Source: Phoronis australis (Eukaryota > Animalia > Phoronida). Taken from it: DNA of 64,000 nucleotides. The position numbers were made by a program, and so were the translations under genes. Positions 50,201 to 64,000 of this stretch are shown in pieces. Positions within the stretch are counted from its first letter, which is position 1, and the number at the start of each line of letters is the position of its first letter. Under the pieces are notes generated by a model. It was not told the origin of the DNA and did no database searches. It was given only the letters and a program-made list of their open reading frames with translations. The stretch is taken from assembly GCA_002633005.1 (NCBI GenBank), contig NMRA01000177.1:263942-327941 (forward strand). The letters are read 5' to 3'.

Positions 50201-52381
50201 TTAGTGATACATTCAGCTCACAGGTGACACACATGCATGCACATGGTCACATCCCCAGCAGAGACTGTGTGTTCTATGATTGAGGTTCCACTGTGTGATC
50301 TGTTTGTTCAAGGTCCTAAAACCTTGTTATGGTCACTGTCAAGTGGACATAACTCCTGGCTAATGTGGGCTGGGCCTGGCCTGGATAAATAACACCTTTT
50401 ATTGTGTGTTTATGAGTGGATTGTGCTCCCAGAGTCCAGGTAGAGAGAAGAGAGGGATTCATTGACATAACCTTTGACTGTATTCAAGTGATGCTTGGAG
50501 GGTACTGTAAAGGTGTTCTATCAACTGAGTTATGGATGCCAGGGTACATGAAGGATGTACAGGGTTTGTGTGCATTTGTTAAAGGGATGCCACTTGTCAC
50601 TGACCTTTACACTCTCTGGTCAAGAACAATCAGAGTTGTAGGTTGAATGGTGCAGGTGCTAGTCCCCTTTTTAGTCATTGTTCCGATCTATTCATGGTAC
50701 ACTTTGGAGGGAGTAAACAGTCACACATGATACTGTTGGTGGCAATGTTTCGTGCTTTCTATCTTCAATTTTGTTTTGGTCTGTCAGTTAGAGAGCGTTA
50801 TATCTGGTCTCTGTTTTATGTGGCTATGAAGCCCCAAAGTCAGATGAAGATGGCGGTTGCTGGAAGTGGTGGCTTTTGTGTGCTTGATCAGGTATCAATT
50901 CGTCCATTTGAAGAAACGTGCTATGTGCTTACGTTCGTTATCTTGTTGTTGCGCAAGGATTAGTATGGAAACATCCTCTGTTCCATATTAGTACATGTGT
51001 CCTTCACAAAAAATGGCTGTCCCCAAATAATAGAAGTCCGTCATTTTATAATCCCTCTTAAATATCCACGTTGTTTAAGTATACCATTGATAGATATGCA
51101 AATTAGTTCCATTCAACTGTCCCAGTCAAGCAGATAACTTTCATGATTTAAAAGTGGCCTTAATAGGCTAGGATTGCAGTTGAAAATACATACTTTTCAG
51201 TAAATATTGCAAACGGAATTGGCAAATCCAAGTTCCCTTTAATGGTGATACCCACATGTTATGTCTTTTTTCAATGGACATCACAACTACCGAAGGTAAC
51301 ATTGTGATTCGCAAAATTTAGTCAAAGTTGTGCCTTACCAGTGTTCTGCCTTCAGCCCTATGTCTGAGTCAATTTTCGACACCCTCATTAGGACCCCCTT
51401 GTTAAGCATTTGGATGATCTGTTCAGGTCCGAGTAAAGTAAGCTAGTAAGTAGTGTCTCTTTTGGTTAGCAGCAGCTCTGGAAACTCACTGGCATGTTCG
51501 GAATAAAAAAAGTTTGGTCAGATTTGATGTAGGATATAAACTTCATTGCGGACCCGTGTATCCATAGTAACATACCACACTACAACAGCTATTTGACTTG
51601 GGATCATAAAAACTGAGGTCTCCACATGTTTTGGTCACGGACGCCTTGAGAAACTGAATCCATTTTGGAGTCCCTATTTTTGAAGTCTTCCATGAACTTC
51701 TGCTAGAGGCACTTCTTGCTAGTGAGTAGTATAGGGAAGACTTCGTGGAAAGACTCTTTACAGTGTCTGTGATTAAATGGGACGCGTTTTAAACTTAAGT
51801 GAGATTGCCTTGTTCTCCAGTATCTAGTCTCAGGTGATCAGTCACCACATTGCTACTTGAAAGTCTTCCGTTCTGAAAGCAAATTTAGTAATACACTAGC
51901 CGGGAAGTTATCAGTCACATGACTCGTGTGCAGTGGGACCACTGATGTTGACTATTTCCTTTCAGTGGCAAAAATAGAAATCGGACAATATCTGCATTTT
52001 TGTGGAGACTATAAGCTGTGTGCTTACAGTACATTTATGTGGGTATCCAATGTTTTGGCTAACAGTAATTGGGTGTGTGAATTGCAACTACTGTGATCTG
52101 AAAAGTACTGCGCATTCGTAATTGGGACTAGGTATGTACGGCTCTCATATTTTGTCAAGGGCTGCTCTTTGATGAGTTCAATTATAGCAATTTGTTAAAT
52201 TCTCTGTTTTTATTCCATCTTTTGAGCGTATTATGACTGTAGGGTATTTAGGTACACCACCATGTTGCGAAGTGTTATAACGTATCATTTTGGCCATAAC
52301 ATAATGAGGAAGAATAGAACCAGTAGAAATGCATTCATAGTTATAATATATTGCAATGTTTCGGTTCGGTTGGTTGGTTTG

Positions 52382-52620
52382 CTGATAAAAAGAGTCATTG
52401 TGGATAAAGGCTGTTCGTGCTGAGAGGTCCTTGAACAAGACTATCAGTTCATTTCAGTTAGTGCTATGGCCGATGTTGGACACGTACATTTCCATGTAAC
52501 TTTAATTTGTAATATTTTTTCTTCGCGCTTATTTCGTAACCCTGAAGATGATTGAAGACTGAACTGAAACATTGGAGTTTGGAATGTATTTGTATTCGCA
52601 CCTCACCACCTATTATGAGT
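52382..52620 (+). mobile_element. Penelope-like retroelement 3' fragment (GIY-YIG C-terminus and tail)
   Basis: KESLWIKAVRAERSLNKTISSFQLVLW resembles the 'IKESLxI...LN...S.PL' end of PLE GIY-YIG endonucleases; followed by ctgaagatg...gaaacattgg. Confidence 0.55.
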
Positions 52621-55600
52621 GATTGAGTTGACACTGGTGATAATGCGAATGGCTTTGGTGGGGTGCCTTGTCCCGCCCTTTACAGGAAACATATGTACGT
52701 CAACGAAGGCTATTCAGAAGTAATATCATGACATCTCTACTGCCAGCTGCCACTGTATAATAAGTAATGCTGGCTGTCGTAAGCACGTGCGCTCTCGTAC
52801 TAAATCTCATTGTTTAACTAACTGAGGAGAATTAATTTCTTTTGTTGAAGTCGCATTTTGCCACCCGTTTTGCTGAGTCTAAAATTATGCCTTTTACTCT
52901 GATAAAATCAGCCTCACAATATTCTTTATGGTGATGTCATGCTATTTCTTTTACCGACAAGGACATCGAAATCGTCATCTACTCGAGTAAATGCTTCAGA
53001 TTTTATTGGAGTAAAGCTCCCATTATTTGCAACCGTTGAGAAATGGAAAAAAATGATCATTTGGCAATTATTTGTGTGTGAAATTTATTTTTGTGCGAAA
53101 TATATGTATAGTTCCTGTACAATTCATGTCAGTTCCACAGTGCAGCATAAACCAACCCACTGAGGATATCAAACCCAGGCTTGTGGAAGCCATGTGCAGT
53201 TGGGTCCTTGAATTATGCATGATTTTCGTGTTATTTTTCTGAGTCACAGTGATGGTTTGATGAGAATGGCCATAAACAAAGAATGATGGAAGCCTTATAT
53301 TTATTAATTTCATATGTGCTCTAGATCTGCACCATAGACTTGACCTCAGTAGAGATCAGCAAGTTAATTAGAGTCATTTATTAGAGAGTCTTATTAGAGA
53401 CCTGGGGTTCATTGATTAGGTCACAACTCGTAATTTGGCCAACATGAAAAAAAGATCACCATGGCTGATGATCCGGGTGGAGACTACAAAAGTATTAGAT
53501 ATTAATACACTAAAGGTGATGACATGGCTTAGGTGTGAGTCTCGTCATTTATTGATTTCAGCAAGTCAATAATTTGTGATAGTAAGCCTTCTGTAGGGAA
53601 AATGTGCTTTTGTTATCTTTCTGTTACGTGAAAAGTAAGCCTAGGTATGTGGGGTTTTGGAAACGCGGGGATATGAACTGAAAATACATCGGAAAATAGG
53701 TTGTCATCAGTGTTCGCGGAATGGCAGTCCTAGAAATAAAATAATTATGTAAAAATCAGGCGTCTGAAATGACTGACTGAACTTATCACTGACTAATGGT
53801 GAATGAAGTCTAGTTCTGGATGACACTTGCTGGCACTGATCATTTTGAGACTCCTTCCTGAGAAGTTGAACTCGTGGTAGACTCATAGACTTAAATTGGG
53901 CCATTTTTCCGAACATTTGGGGGTCTGTTGACAGAAATTCCTAGTGTGATGTCACAGCAAGATTCTTACTATCTTTGAGAAAGCAGTTTCTTTTGAAAAC
54001 CTGGCTGCTATCAGAGACTTTATAGTAAATAATTTACTCCATTGGAACTTGGAAGTATCCTGTTTATGGTAACAAATGACCTTCAACAATTAGTTCTTTT
54101 GTCATTCATTAACATAATTGTACCAGTAATGGTTCTGCTTGCATTCTAAGATTGCTTTATCACCGTTTTCCATTTCATACTTTTCACAAAATTTATCTCC
54201 TATGAATATGTAGTAGTACGGTTCCGTAGTCTTGTAAAAATTTTTTTTACGTCAACATCTAGGAGGATAAGTGGAAACCTGCGGAGTGGAATTTTGTTGA
54301 AGGATAGGCTGGGGATGGGTGGGGGGTTGTGAGTGCTGATGCGGTGCGGTGCTGTGCCGTCCATTGATGGCCAAAGCCAATCTGTACCTGCTGCTGCTTT
54401 AGGAAAAGTGACTTTAGACTTTAGGCAAAAATTTTATCTTGCGCTTCGCACAACTATTTGTAAATCTCACTTGAGGTCAGGTGTAAGGTCTCTGAGAATA
54501 TCCGCGTAACTGCTAGTTACTGAGGTAATTTCTATAAATTATTTCTGGACCATGATACGCTCATAATTACTAAACTTCTTTACAGCAATTGTGAAGAGGG
54601 ATCTTGAAGTGCCGTCCACACACAGACTTACCAAAGAACAAGTTACTCGTGGAATGAGTTGTCTTAGGAACTGTCTGGAGCCTATTTAAACTAGTACAAC
54701 TTGCCCCACACTTGTGACAACTTATTCCTTTATCGAGGTGGGGGTAACTTGTTCTAGGGTAACTCGCGCCACTTCTAATCGTTGTGTGGTCGCAAACCTG
54801 GGGCAAGGCGGAAGTAATTATCAGGTGCGGTTACCTACAGACGAGTTTTCTTTTACATGCAGTATTCGCATCAGCTGTTCATTGTCACGCTCATAGCGTC
54901 AACTTCCGACTTACCCTAAGTTATCAGATATGTGGGTATGGACGCTCCACTTAAAAGTGGTCTAAGTTGCACTAGTGCAAGTTGCTCTATGGTAGGCTGC
55001 ATGTGGACAGGACTATGACCAAACTGCCAAATTGCTGTCTTAAGTCTCAACTCACTTTTGGTGAAGCAGACCCCCCCAGTTGGGCTATTTTCCCTACTGC
55101 ACTGGCCTTGCTCACAGTTTCAAGTCTCCACCACAATGGCTGCTGTAAAGAGTCCATTCTTCAAGGTTTTTATCTTGATCAGCCATAGATCTGATATGAT
55201 TGCTATTAGTTATTGACTAATGAGGCTTGGTCTACCAGCTGGTGGTATGTAAATAGATGTTGAGGTGGGTGGTAGTAGGATGCTGATATGAATATGTTAC
55301 ATGGTATTCCATTAGTTTCAACCCTGGCCTGTATTGGAAAGTTGCTATTGATTGTTCTTGTTTTCACAATACTGTTGTAACTTCCTTGTATTGGGGAGTT
55401 TCTGACCGTGTGAAAGCTTGTGAACATGTGGACCCTAACTTGGGAAATGTTATAATTTGGCTAACGTTGGAGCATCTCAGAAATGGCCAATTGAATTTAT
55501 ATTTAATACTTCACATGGTGTGCTGTATGTGGTGTTCTCGAAAACGCTGATAGGAATTGTTTTAAAATGTCCGACAGGTTTTCAAAAGTAGGGACTCCTA

Positions 55601-56686
55601 AGATTTTCTCTGAAAAATGCAAAGGTTGCGTTAAACAAAAACGGACTGATGTTTGAGAATGTAACAGTGTTTTTATATTTTTTTCATAAAGAATTATGGT
55701 GATGTTATTTTTCCTGTTGCCTTGCCATGAATGTACTTTTCTTTTGTTGGTATTTAGCTAAATTGACAGACTTGTCAATGAGGTCACCGGGTAACATTAG
55801 TTTATGCAGGAGCTTGTTGACAACTGGAAAACTATAGATTTTAGCAAAGTGAAAGTGTATATTTTCTCAAAGTAGATGGTCTGTAGAATTTGAATTTTGA
55901 CTTTTTACCAACTTGATATTGGGTCATGCGACCATGTTTTTTTAGTAAAATTTAGCACTAAAGAAAATTAGGGGTGATAGCAAATCTAGGGTATCAATGA
56001 CACGAGTATCAATGACACGAGACACGAGCAAATTTTATTTGACACAAATGATCAAGGTGAGTCGTCAAAAACGCTGTCATAGTCCATAATTTCGTTTTAT
56101 GCAACTTTCAATATTTTTTTTTCATGAAAATTATAAAAGTCCCATTTTTACAGCCCCTCATGCTAAAGTGGACTATTTTAAAAGCAACATGGCTTAAGAT
56201 TCTCTGAATCCAAATGCGGCTCCAGTTGATAGCTACAGTGGATTGGAGGTGCTCGCCCTGGGACGTTTTTGTGTACTAATGTTTTTGTCAGGCACATGTT
56301 CACATCTTGTGACAATGTACACTTGGTACAGATTATTCCTAATCCATGTTCAAACACGAAACAATTTGGGGGCGGCTCTTTACTCAAAGGCGCAATGTTT
56401 ACTCGATGTTCAGTAATGGTACTACTGTGTTCAGCTATCTCCTTATAACACGTTTTGAGAACAAATCTTATATTTTGTCCCAATGTTTAGAATTTAATGC
56501 TGTGTTTACTTTACATAAAAACTGTTCAAGTGCTCTAAAACGTTTTAGTCAAACACTGAAACAAGGACTCTGTTTGAAATTTTTACGGAGTAGTTTGAAG
56601 CTTTTTTTCAGCCTTGTGTCATTGTGTTCAACGGTCAACCTCAGACGATTTCAGGGGTCTGTTTCGTGAAACTTGTCTTGTGGCTT

Positions 56687-57131
56687 CAGGCCTTTATGCA
56701 GCCTAGGTCCTGGGCACTAATATGGACGCCCTGGCAAGGACGCCCGGCAAGGAGGCCCAATGTATCATTTGGACCCCACTATCAATAGGAACCTTTCAAG
56801 TTTGGACACACACATTGTAATGGTTACTAGGAAGCCTATGAAGACTCACAGTGGTGGCTTTTTTTCAAAACGGGAAGAAATATATGTTGCTATGCTCACA
56901 CTTGGTTGATAGCATTGTAAAATCTTGGTCTAAAGTTTTTTTAGTAAAAATGCTCACTACAGAAGGCTGTTTTGCAAAACTTAGATGTAAAAACCTTGAT
57001 CTATGTAAAAAAGTCTGTGTGTTTGGGAGGATTGCTGGGGGTGGGGGTTACGCGTCAGAATCATGGACGCCCTGGAATATTGGGAACCCCATTTTGGACA
57101 CCCTATTTTCAAAATCCTGGATAAAGGCCTG
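56687..57131 (+). mobile_element. hAT-type MITE, copy 1
   Basis: TIR caggcctttatgcag / ctggataaaggcctg; 8-bp TSD tgtggctt / tgcggctt; homologous to 61671-62134. Confidence 0.88.
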
Positions 57132-57222
57132 TGCGGCTTATGACAGAAATTTGGTCTTACCCTCCAGGCAACCATTTTTGAAAAATAATTAAATCTCACT
57201 TGAGCAAAAATGTAGTCTCTGA

Positions 57223-57727
57223 AGGCCCTTTCTTACTAACTTAACTACGGTATGAGTGGAGCGTCGACGTAAACTGCGAAGTTAAATCGTTCGTACCAGC
57301 TTCGGTAGTTAACGGCATCGAAGTAAATGCTAGGTGACGCTGTGTAGTTATCGAATTAATCACACGGTAGCGCTGATGTATCCTGTGCTTGCTAAAGTTT
57401 TTTATTTGACAATTTGAGAACATTTTCATGTGCTAATCGGCATAAAACTTGCTTCTAATTCGATTGGTGATGATTCGAGCACAGTACAAGCAAGTGTTTA
57501 TGAATATAAGCAACTATTAGCGACGACACTGCCCTTTAATTGTTGACGATAACGGTGGCCCTTAGCGATTACTTCGACGAAACCGAAGTTGATACCGCAC
57601 CACAGCGTCGACGCTCCGCTGTTAAATACCCCTGTTTACTGTGAAGTTAAGTGGCACTGTTAACTTCGATCCAGGACCAAAGTTAAGTGTTCGTACTGAC
57701 CGCAAGGATGTTCGTTTTTAAGGGCCT
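57223..57727. mobile_element. PIF/Harbinger-like MITE
   Basis: TIR aggccctt / aagggcct; 3-bp TSD TGA; internal inverted repeats (gcgtcgacg, cttcg/cgaag). Confidence 0.7.
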
Positions 57728-57739
57728 TGAGAATATACA

Positions 57740-58108
57740 CAAGGTACCTAAACTACACGGTTAACAGACTCATAAACATGGTCACGGACGCATGAACACG
57801 ACTCACGGACCTGCAAACACCATCCACTGACTCACAAACATGGGAACGGACTCACAAAACACAATCCATTCACCCAAATACACGGGACACGGACTCATAT
57901 ACACGAGGAAACACGGTTAACGGACCGGCAAACACGGGTCACGGACTCATCGGCTTCCTGGGTCAGCTGACATTTACATTTTGTCCGTAAACCGTGTTTG
58001 GCGGTCAGTTAACCGTGTTTCTTTTTGACACGTGATTCCGTGTCCCGTGTGTTTGGGTGAATGGATCGTGTTCTGTGAGTCCGTTAACCGTGTAGTTTAA
58101 GTACCTTG
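57740..58108. mobile_element. Fold-back MITE with CAAGG termini (P-element-like), copy 1
   Basis: caaggtacctaaactacacggttaac / gttaaccgtgtagtttaagtaccttg; flanks atataca / atacaca; acacgg and ggactc sub-repeats. Confidence 0.8.
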
Positions 58109-59805
58109 ATACACACAAGTTCTAAGATAATGTCTGTTAATTATTTCTAGTCTGTGATGCAGTCACACTTGACTAAACTGTTATTCAGCAGTTGTGAAGT
58201 GTAAGTGTTAGACGGAATTTCTGTGTTTAGTCTTGAGTCATTTTTATGGGCCCACATATTTTATATATTCTTGAAGCAGGCCACAGGTGTCATTCTCACT
58301 GTATGTAAATGCACCACTTTGATGTGGCAGAATGGGTAGTGAGCCTTGTGTGAAGGCTGCTGTTTCAGCCTGGTGTTTATGTTTAGACTAAACACAATGC
58401 CAGGGCATTTACACAGTGGCTGACTTAACAATACACCTGTAGGCCAGTCCCAGCCACTACTGCTGTAGTTTCTGCCCATTGTCAGTGATTACCAGCAGTT
58501 ATGTAAACACCTCCAGTTTTGACCTGGACAAGTTTGCTGTGGGAAGATCTTGTGACCCACCGGGGTTTCACTGCAATCTCGCTTAGTCCTTAGTACAGCC
58601 TCGCTCATTTGTGGATCAAATTGTGTTGGATGATCTCATTTTTTGTCTCCCCATTGTAGAAACTTCTCAAATGAGCCTGAAGTTGACGGGGATGGTTAAT
58701 TTCAGTTGGTACAGCTTTCTCAATTTACGCCCCACTTCTATGGTGGGAAAGTGAAATTAAGTTTATTTTTCTACATAAACAAAAGAAATTTCAGTTCCTC
58801 GTTGCCTTTCTTTGTGTATGTGGCTGTTGTCCAAAAACATAGTTTGTAAACCTTTTGATGTAAAAGGGAGAAGTGATTGCTATAGCTAATATTTCGCGCC
58901 ACTTGTTTGGTGTCAATGACCGCACTGTGAGTATGGCACGTATTTGGGAGTGGTAACTGTTTACCAGCTGTGCTGGACGAGAGGTTCTTAGTAAATCCAG
59001 TTTGTGAGTGGCTCCCCTGTAATTCAGTGTTGCTATCTCATGTTCGGGCATTTTGTACGCCACCTGTTAGACTTGCCGCTTGAAGTTTTTCCTTCCGCAA
59101 TGATAGTAATGCGTTTTTGCTCGTTTTTTCCCGTAATTCTACATTCTAGCTCTGTCGTTGAATCACTTCCAGTACCGACAGTTTTGCTATCATATGCTTG
59201 TAAGGTGATGGAGCTTCAGAAACCATTGTGAGGTTTTCCTGTCTCTAGTGTGTTCTAGTACAAGCCAGCCAAATTTATGTACTAGCTTCACAGAAGGCTG
59301 TGGACCCTGATTTCCATGGCACCAGGTGTGGTTCCAGTATGTAATAATTTGATCCATTGTCAATAGACATGTGTATCCCATCTGTCTGTTTTTATTGTGA
59401 AGTATATTAGGACAATGCTATTGAACAGTGGTTTTAGTCCTACTGTCTAGTCAGTCCTATAGTTACTTCCTTTAAGAAAATTGATATTTTTGTCATAGAA
59501 GAAATGTCATTGTGTATTAGAAGACCAGTGCAGTTATACCCTTTATATCAGCTAATGATTACCGTAGTGATTGAATTTGAGTCTTGCAAAGCAGTTTGAC
59601 AGTGTCTCCGATGTTGAAGATAATATTAGTGCCAAATAGACTCGGAGTAGTTACCAGCTCCATTTTCACTTTAAAACAACTGTTATATATTTCAAAATTA
59701 ATAAAATTTGTAAAATGTCGAGTGCTTCGAAGCTTTAACCCAAAGGCATGCTGCCTATGTCTGCAAATGCTTGCATGAATTTCACAACCTTTTGCTTGAT
59801 TGCAG

Positions 59806-59942
59806 GTGGCTCCATCTATGAGAGAGGACAGTAGTAGTACGGCGCGTCCGGCTCACTAGCCTCAACTTCTGGTGCTAACTACTCTGACATTACAAGACAG
59901 TTAACATGGAGGATCAGTACAAGATGCTGGAGCCTACAGAAG
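59806..59942 (+). CDS. Putative exon containing the start codon (59906, MEDQYKMLEPTE) of an unidentified gene
   Basis: ttgcag acceptor, aacATGG Kozak context, phase-1 donor AAG|gtcggt, exon-like composition; no homology recognised. Confidence 0.33.
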
Positions 59943-61670
59943 GTCGGTCACTTTATGCGTTAGTTCAATGTTGAATTTTGCCCACTTTAGCGAATTCGGC
60001 CTTTTTCTCTCATAAAATTGGTCGCATAATATTCCTCACTGTGATAGGACTCTATTCCCATTACCAACTGTAGTCACAGACAATATGTACGTGTAACACT
60101 TGAGTTTGGTTCTGGAAATACAATCGTAACATGGTAATGAATATTATGATTTGACGAGAGTAAAAGGCGTTTGCTAATTTGATTTTCGTTTTTTAGCCAG
60201 CTAAAGAGGGTGATATGCAGCTTTAACTGTTAACTGTCCAACTGTGCTGTAGTTTACAAAAAAAGGCCGACAAATTCTGTAGAAAATTTGATCGGTTTTG
60301 ATGACGTTATTACAAAAGCCAAGATAGATAGTAGACGAGAAATACAGTAAAACTTAAGTACGTAAGTAGGATTAAACTGGACCAAGTGCTTTCCTCCGAA
60401 TTACGTGAAACTAGGCTCATCTGAAGGGCGGAGGGTACAACAGATTTGACCCAGTTAATGCGTACAATAGTGTTCAGTAGTCGTGCCCCTGATCATTAGC
60501 TGTGTTCACATGTATTTCGAAATCCCAGAAGTATTTGTGGAAATGATTCAAGGGTCTAATTCCACCCGACGATTTCCACAGCTTCCATAAGGCCAGTATT
60601 TTTGCCGCTCCTGTTGGCTGGCATTGACACTACACTGCTCTTAACTGAGTGGTAAACTCCTGAATAAAATTTAGGGGTATTTGGCAAATTAGGTTGAATT
60701 CAGAATAGCTGGTGAATCGTGCCTCGTCGCAAAAATGTTTCAAAAACGAAAAAAACTAGCAGAAACATAATGGGATTGCCTTCAGTAAATTTCAAGTGGG
60801 AATGGCTCTGTTCTCACATAGTGGAGTAGTCATGCCCATAAACTTCTTTCAATCTACTTGGATACAAAGGCAACTTCCTTCATCAGCATCACCTGGTGAA
60901 TGTGTAGCCTCCTGTTGAAAGGACGTAGTGAGCTGAAGAACATGGCGATAACTTTCTACATAGTCGTGAACTTGTGACTGGGGTTCAATGTTATGCTGAA
61001 TTGCCGAGTTGATTTTCAACTGTTCTCCGAGGGTTTATGTACACCGACTTCTCAGCGACAGATCCCATTACACAATGGACTAGTTGATGCTACAAGCCCA
61101 CCTCTATTGACTTTTTATTCAGCCCAATATTGATTATTGCTGACTGATAATAAAAAGCCAGTTGTGTGAAGTGATGCAGACTTACTAGTGGGAGAAGTGT
61201 GGTTATCGTGCATTTGAAGGAGGGGAGGTTTTTAGCTTTTTGTTTTTACGATGACGCGCCCATCTAAGCTAACAAATAAATTGACCGAGTGGATGTCATT
61301 TTGTGGCACTACTGAGATAACACTCTTCTATATGGCTACACTTTCAGTGCAGACAGATGTTTGTGTAAATATGTTTTCATCAAAGCCCATGAATTGCTTA
61401 AAACCAAAGAGAGGCTGGCATACAGTACATTTGCGATTGGTGTTATGATGAATTACGCAGTAATCAATCATAGTGGTCTAGATTAAAACCGGTGTCCTTG
61501 TCAGAGTGGTTGTCTGTGGTATTTCTTCAGTTATCGTACATCGCGTTTGATTGATTTCAAGATAATCACGATTTTTTTTTTATAATTCTTTGAAAGTTGA
61601 CCACCTTGAGCAAGTATACAAATGTTGCGGTCAAGTTATGTAGTTGCACCAGCTTGAGTTGACTAGGACA

Positions 61671-62134
61671 CAGGCCTTTATGCAGCGTAGGTCCTAATCT
61701 GGAGGCCCTGGCAAGGACGCCCAATGTATCATTTGGCCGCCCACTGTCAGTGGGAACCTTTCAAGTTTGGACTCACACATTGTAATGAATACTAGGAAGC
61801 CTCTGAAGGCTCACCGTGGGGGCTCTTTTTTCAAAGCAGGAAGAAATGTACAATGTATATACAAAGTATATGCATTGTTGCTATTTTGACACTTGATTGA
61901 CAGCATTGTAAAAGTCTTGGTCTACACATTTTTTTTTAGTAAAAATGCTCACCATAGAAGGCTGTTTTATAAACTCAGATGTAAAAACCTTGATCTATGC
62001 ATTTTTTGTAAAAAAATCTGTGTGTTTGGTGGTATTGCTGGGGGTGGGGGCTACGCGTCGGAATCATGGACGCCCTGGAATATTGGGAACCCCATTTTGG
62101 ACACCCTATTTTCAAAATCCTGGATAAAGGCCTG
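61671..62134 (+). mobile_element. hAT-type MITE, copy 2
   Basis: Same TIRs as copy 1; perfect 8-bp TSD ctaggaca. Confidence 0.92.
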
Positions 62135-63638
62135 CTAGGACACAGCCTGTATATCCATGCTTGAGCCTGTTGTGCCATTCACCAACCTTAGACTCTAAAA
62201 GAGGAAATCAACTATTGTTGGTATTACTTCAAATAAAAATGCAAATGCCTGGTTAGGCCCGAAAAAGAAGCATCAGTGGTTGTCGTCTGTACCAGACTCG
62301 TTTTGAGACTTGTGCTCACTCAACTGCAAAACTGAAAAAAATGCCAGCCTGCATCAGTTTCAGCCAAGTTCTCGTGATTTTTGAAATTCAGCATGGAGGC
62401 ATGTAAGCAAGGTTTGGAAGTCAACGATGCGGAAAATAGTATCCCGCATCATTTTGCTTGCTTAGTGGACTTTCTTTTCTTGGAAATTTGGACAATTTAA
62501 AAACTAATACGGTACCACCTATTCGATTTTCAAAAAATAAAACAAACCAGAACTTACTATCTTTACACTCCGTACAGCAGTAGAAAGTGACGCAAACAAC
62601 CCAGAAAGAGATCCGCATCTTGGTTTGATCTATGTCCACTTGCTGCTGAACATAATCTTAGTCGGTCATTCATCTTTGCCGATTGGGAAGTCTGGGCCGT
62701 TGACGTCACTTTCTATTGTTGCAGCCAGTTATTCACGCTGAAAATGCCTGTCCAAGGTTACTGTTGGGGTTCTTTCTCGTGTGGCTATCAAATTTTATCA
62801 CTAAGTGCTAGGATGTGTCATTCTCTGTGAGTAATTAGGAAACACTAATGATCAAGAATTAAGTTGATGGTTTGATTGATGGTTCATTGCACACACATGT
62901 ACACAAACACACATACAGACATACGCACACACACTCGCACACACAGGCTACTCCATGTGTACAAGGCTACTTCATAAAAATGGCACTCAGTAAAATGTCT
63001 AATGTCGATAGGCATGTCAAACTGTCTCACAGTAGCAAGTTGAATGTAGTGTGGGTTTTTACTTGTTTGTTTGTTGTTTTTCCCCAGCTTTTAGTATCTG
63101 GATATAACCAATGGCATGCTTGGCGTAACTTGTTGTCTTGAGTTTGAAGTCTTATGTTTGGTTGTCGGCATGCCGCCAGCAAGAACAATATGCAATGCGA
63201 CGCTAGATGAAAATATAGAAAACATGTTCATTGGGATGAATATAATTTTTGAGATGATTCTGAAGTGTTGTGCACCCTGCGATTTGTACATGGAATTTGG
63301 TCTCAACTTAATTATTACCGAGATTTGAAGTGGTCATTAGGCTTTTAAGGAGCTGACAGCACCCTGTTATTCAGGTCTGAACTCATGAAGTTGGCCTCTA
63401 TACATCTCCACGTATGTACATCATAGGCAAAGAGTCTGTCTGCTCACAGGCTGGGAAGTAGGTTGATTCTGTCCAGTGTTGTAGGGAGTCAAATAAACGC
63501 TTTTCAATTTACTTGGCTGTACTGCTGAATAAGGGAATTTCTTTTTGTCAAATTTCTCAACAAAAGGAAACGTCGAAAAAAGGATTTCTTCGTAAGCGTG
63601 GTTTGAAGTAGACAGCTATCAGAACGAAAAAGCTTTTA

Positions 63639-64000
63639 CAAGGTACCTAAACTACACGGATAACGGACTCATAAACACGGTTACGGATGCATGAACACGC
63701 CTCACGGAACTGCAAACACCGTCCACTAACTCACAAACACGGGAACGGACTCACAGAACACGATTCATTCACCCAAATACGCGGGACACGGACTCACATG
63801 TCACGAAGAAACACGGTTAACGGACCTCAAAACACGGTTTACTGTCAAAATGTAGATGTCAGCTGACCCAGGAAGCCGATGAGTCCGTGACCCGTGTTTG
63901 GCGGTCCGTTAACCGTGTTTCCTTGTGAATATGAGTCCGTGTCCCGTGTACATGGGTGAATGGATCGTGTTTTGTGAGTCCGTTCCCTTGTTTGTGAGTC
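63639..64000. mobile_element. Fold-back MITE with CAAGG termini, copy 2 (opposite orientation, runs off the window)
   Basis: Starts caaggtacctaaactacacgg; central gtcagctgacccaggaagccgatgagtcc is the reverse complement of the centre of copy 1. Confidence 0.85.

Noticed and set aside
56851-57192. 113-aa ORF with a near-duplicate at 61893-62138
   Set aside because: Both lie within copies of the same hAT-type MITE, and indels between them break the frame.

Overview
Eukaryotic, intron-rich, AT-rich animal genomic DNA. The repeat content suggests a marine invertebrate, possibly a mollusc or other lophotrochozoan; this is inference only. Host genes: (i) two internal exons of alpha-methylacyl-CoA racemase (AMACR) on the minus strand, with exon 1 not found, possibly lost at the N at 5238; (ii) a complete 21-exon p120 RasGAP (RASA1) gene on the plus strand, 5846-35967, whose hand-spliced exons give an open 2790-nt CDS (929 aa, SH2-SH3-SH2-PH-C2-RasGAP); (iii) the tentative 5' end of a third plus-strand gene (43.1 kb and 59.8 kb). 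The rest is introns and intergenic DNA dense in non-autonomous transposons. The most interesting signals are: a DINE-1/Helentron-type element whose ~148-bp internal repeats each carry a co-oriented CTCF-like motif, between the divergent genes; a ~450-bp TRIM whose LTRs contain a tRNA-like Pol III cassette; an antisense exon relic encoding a Spindlin (Spin/Ssty)-like Tudor repeat in RASA1 intron 1; and three separate tandem duplications straddling RASA1 splice sites. All calls come from reading the sequence by eye; no database searches were run.
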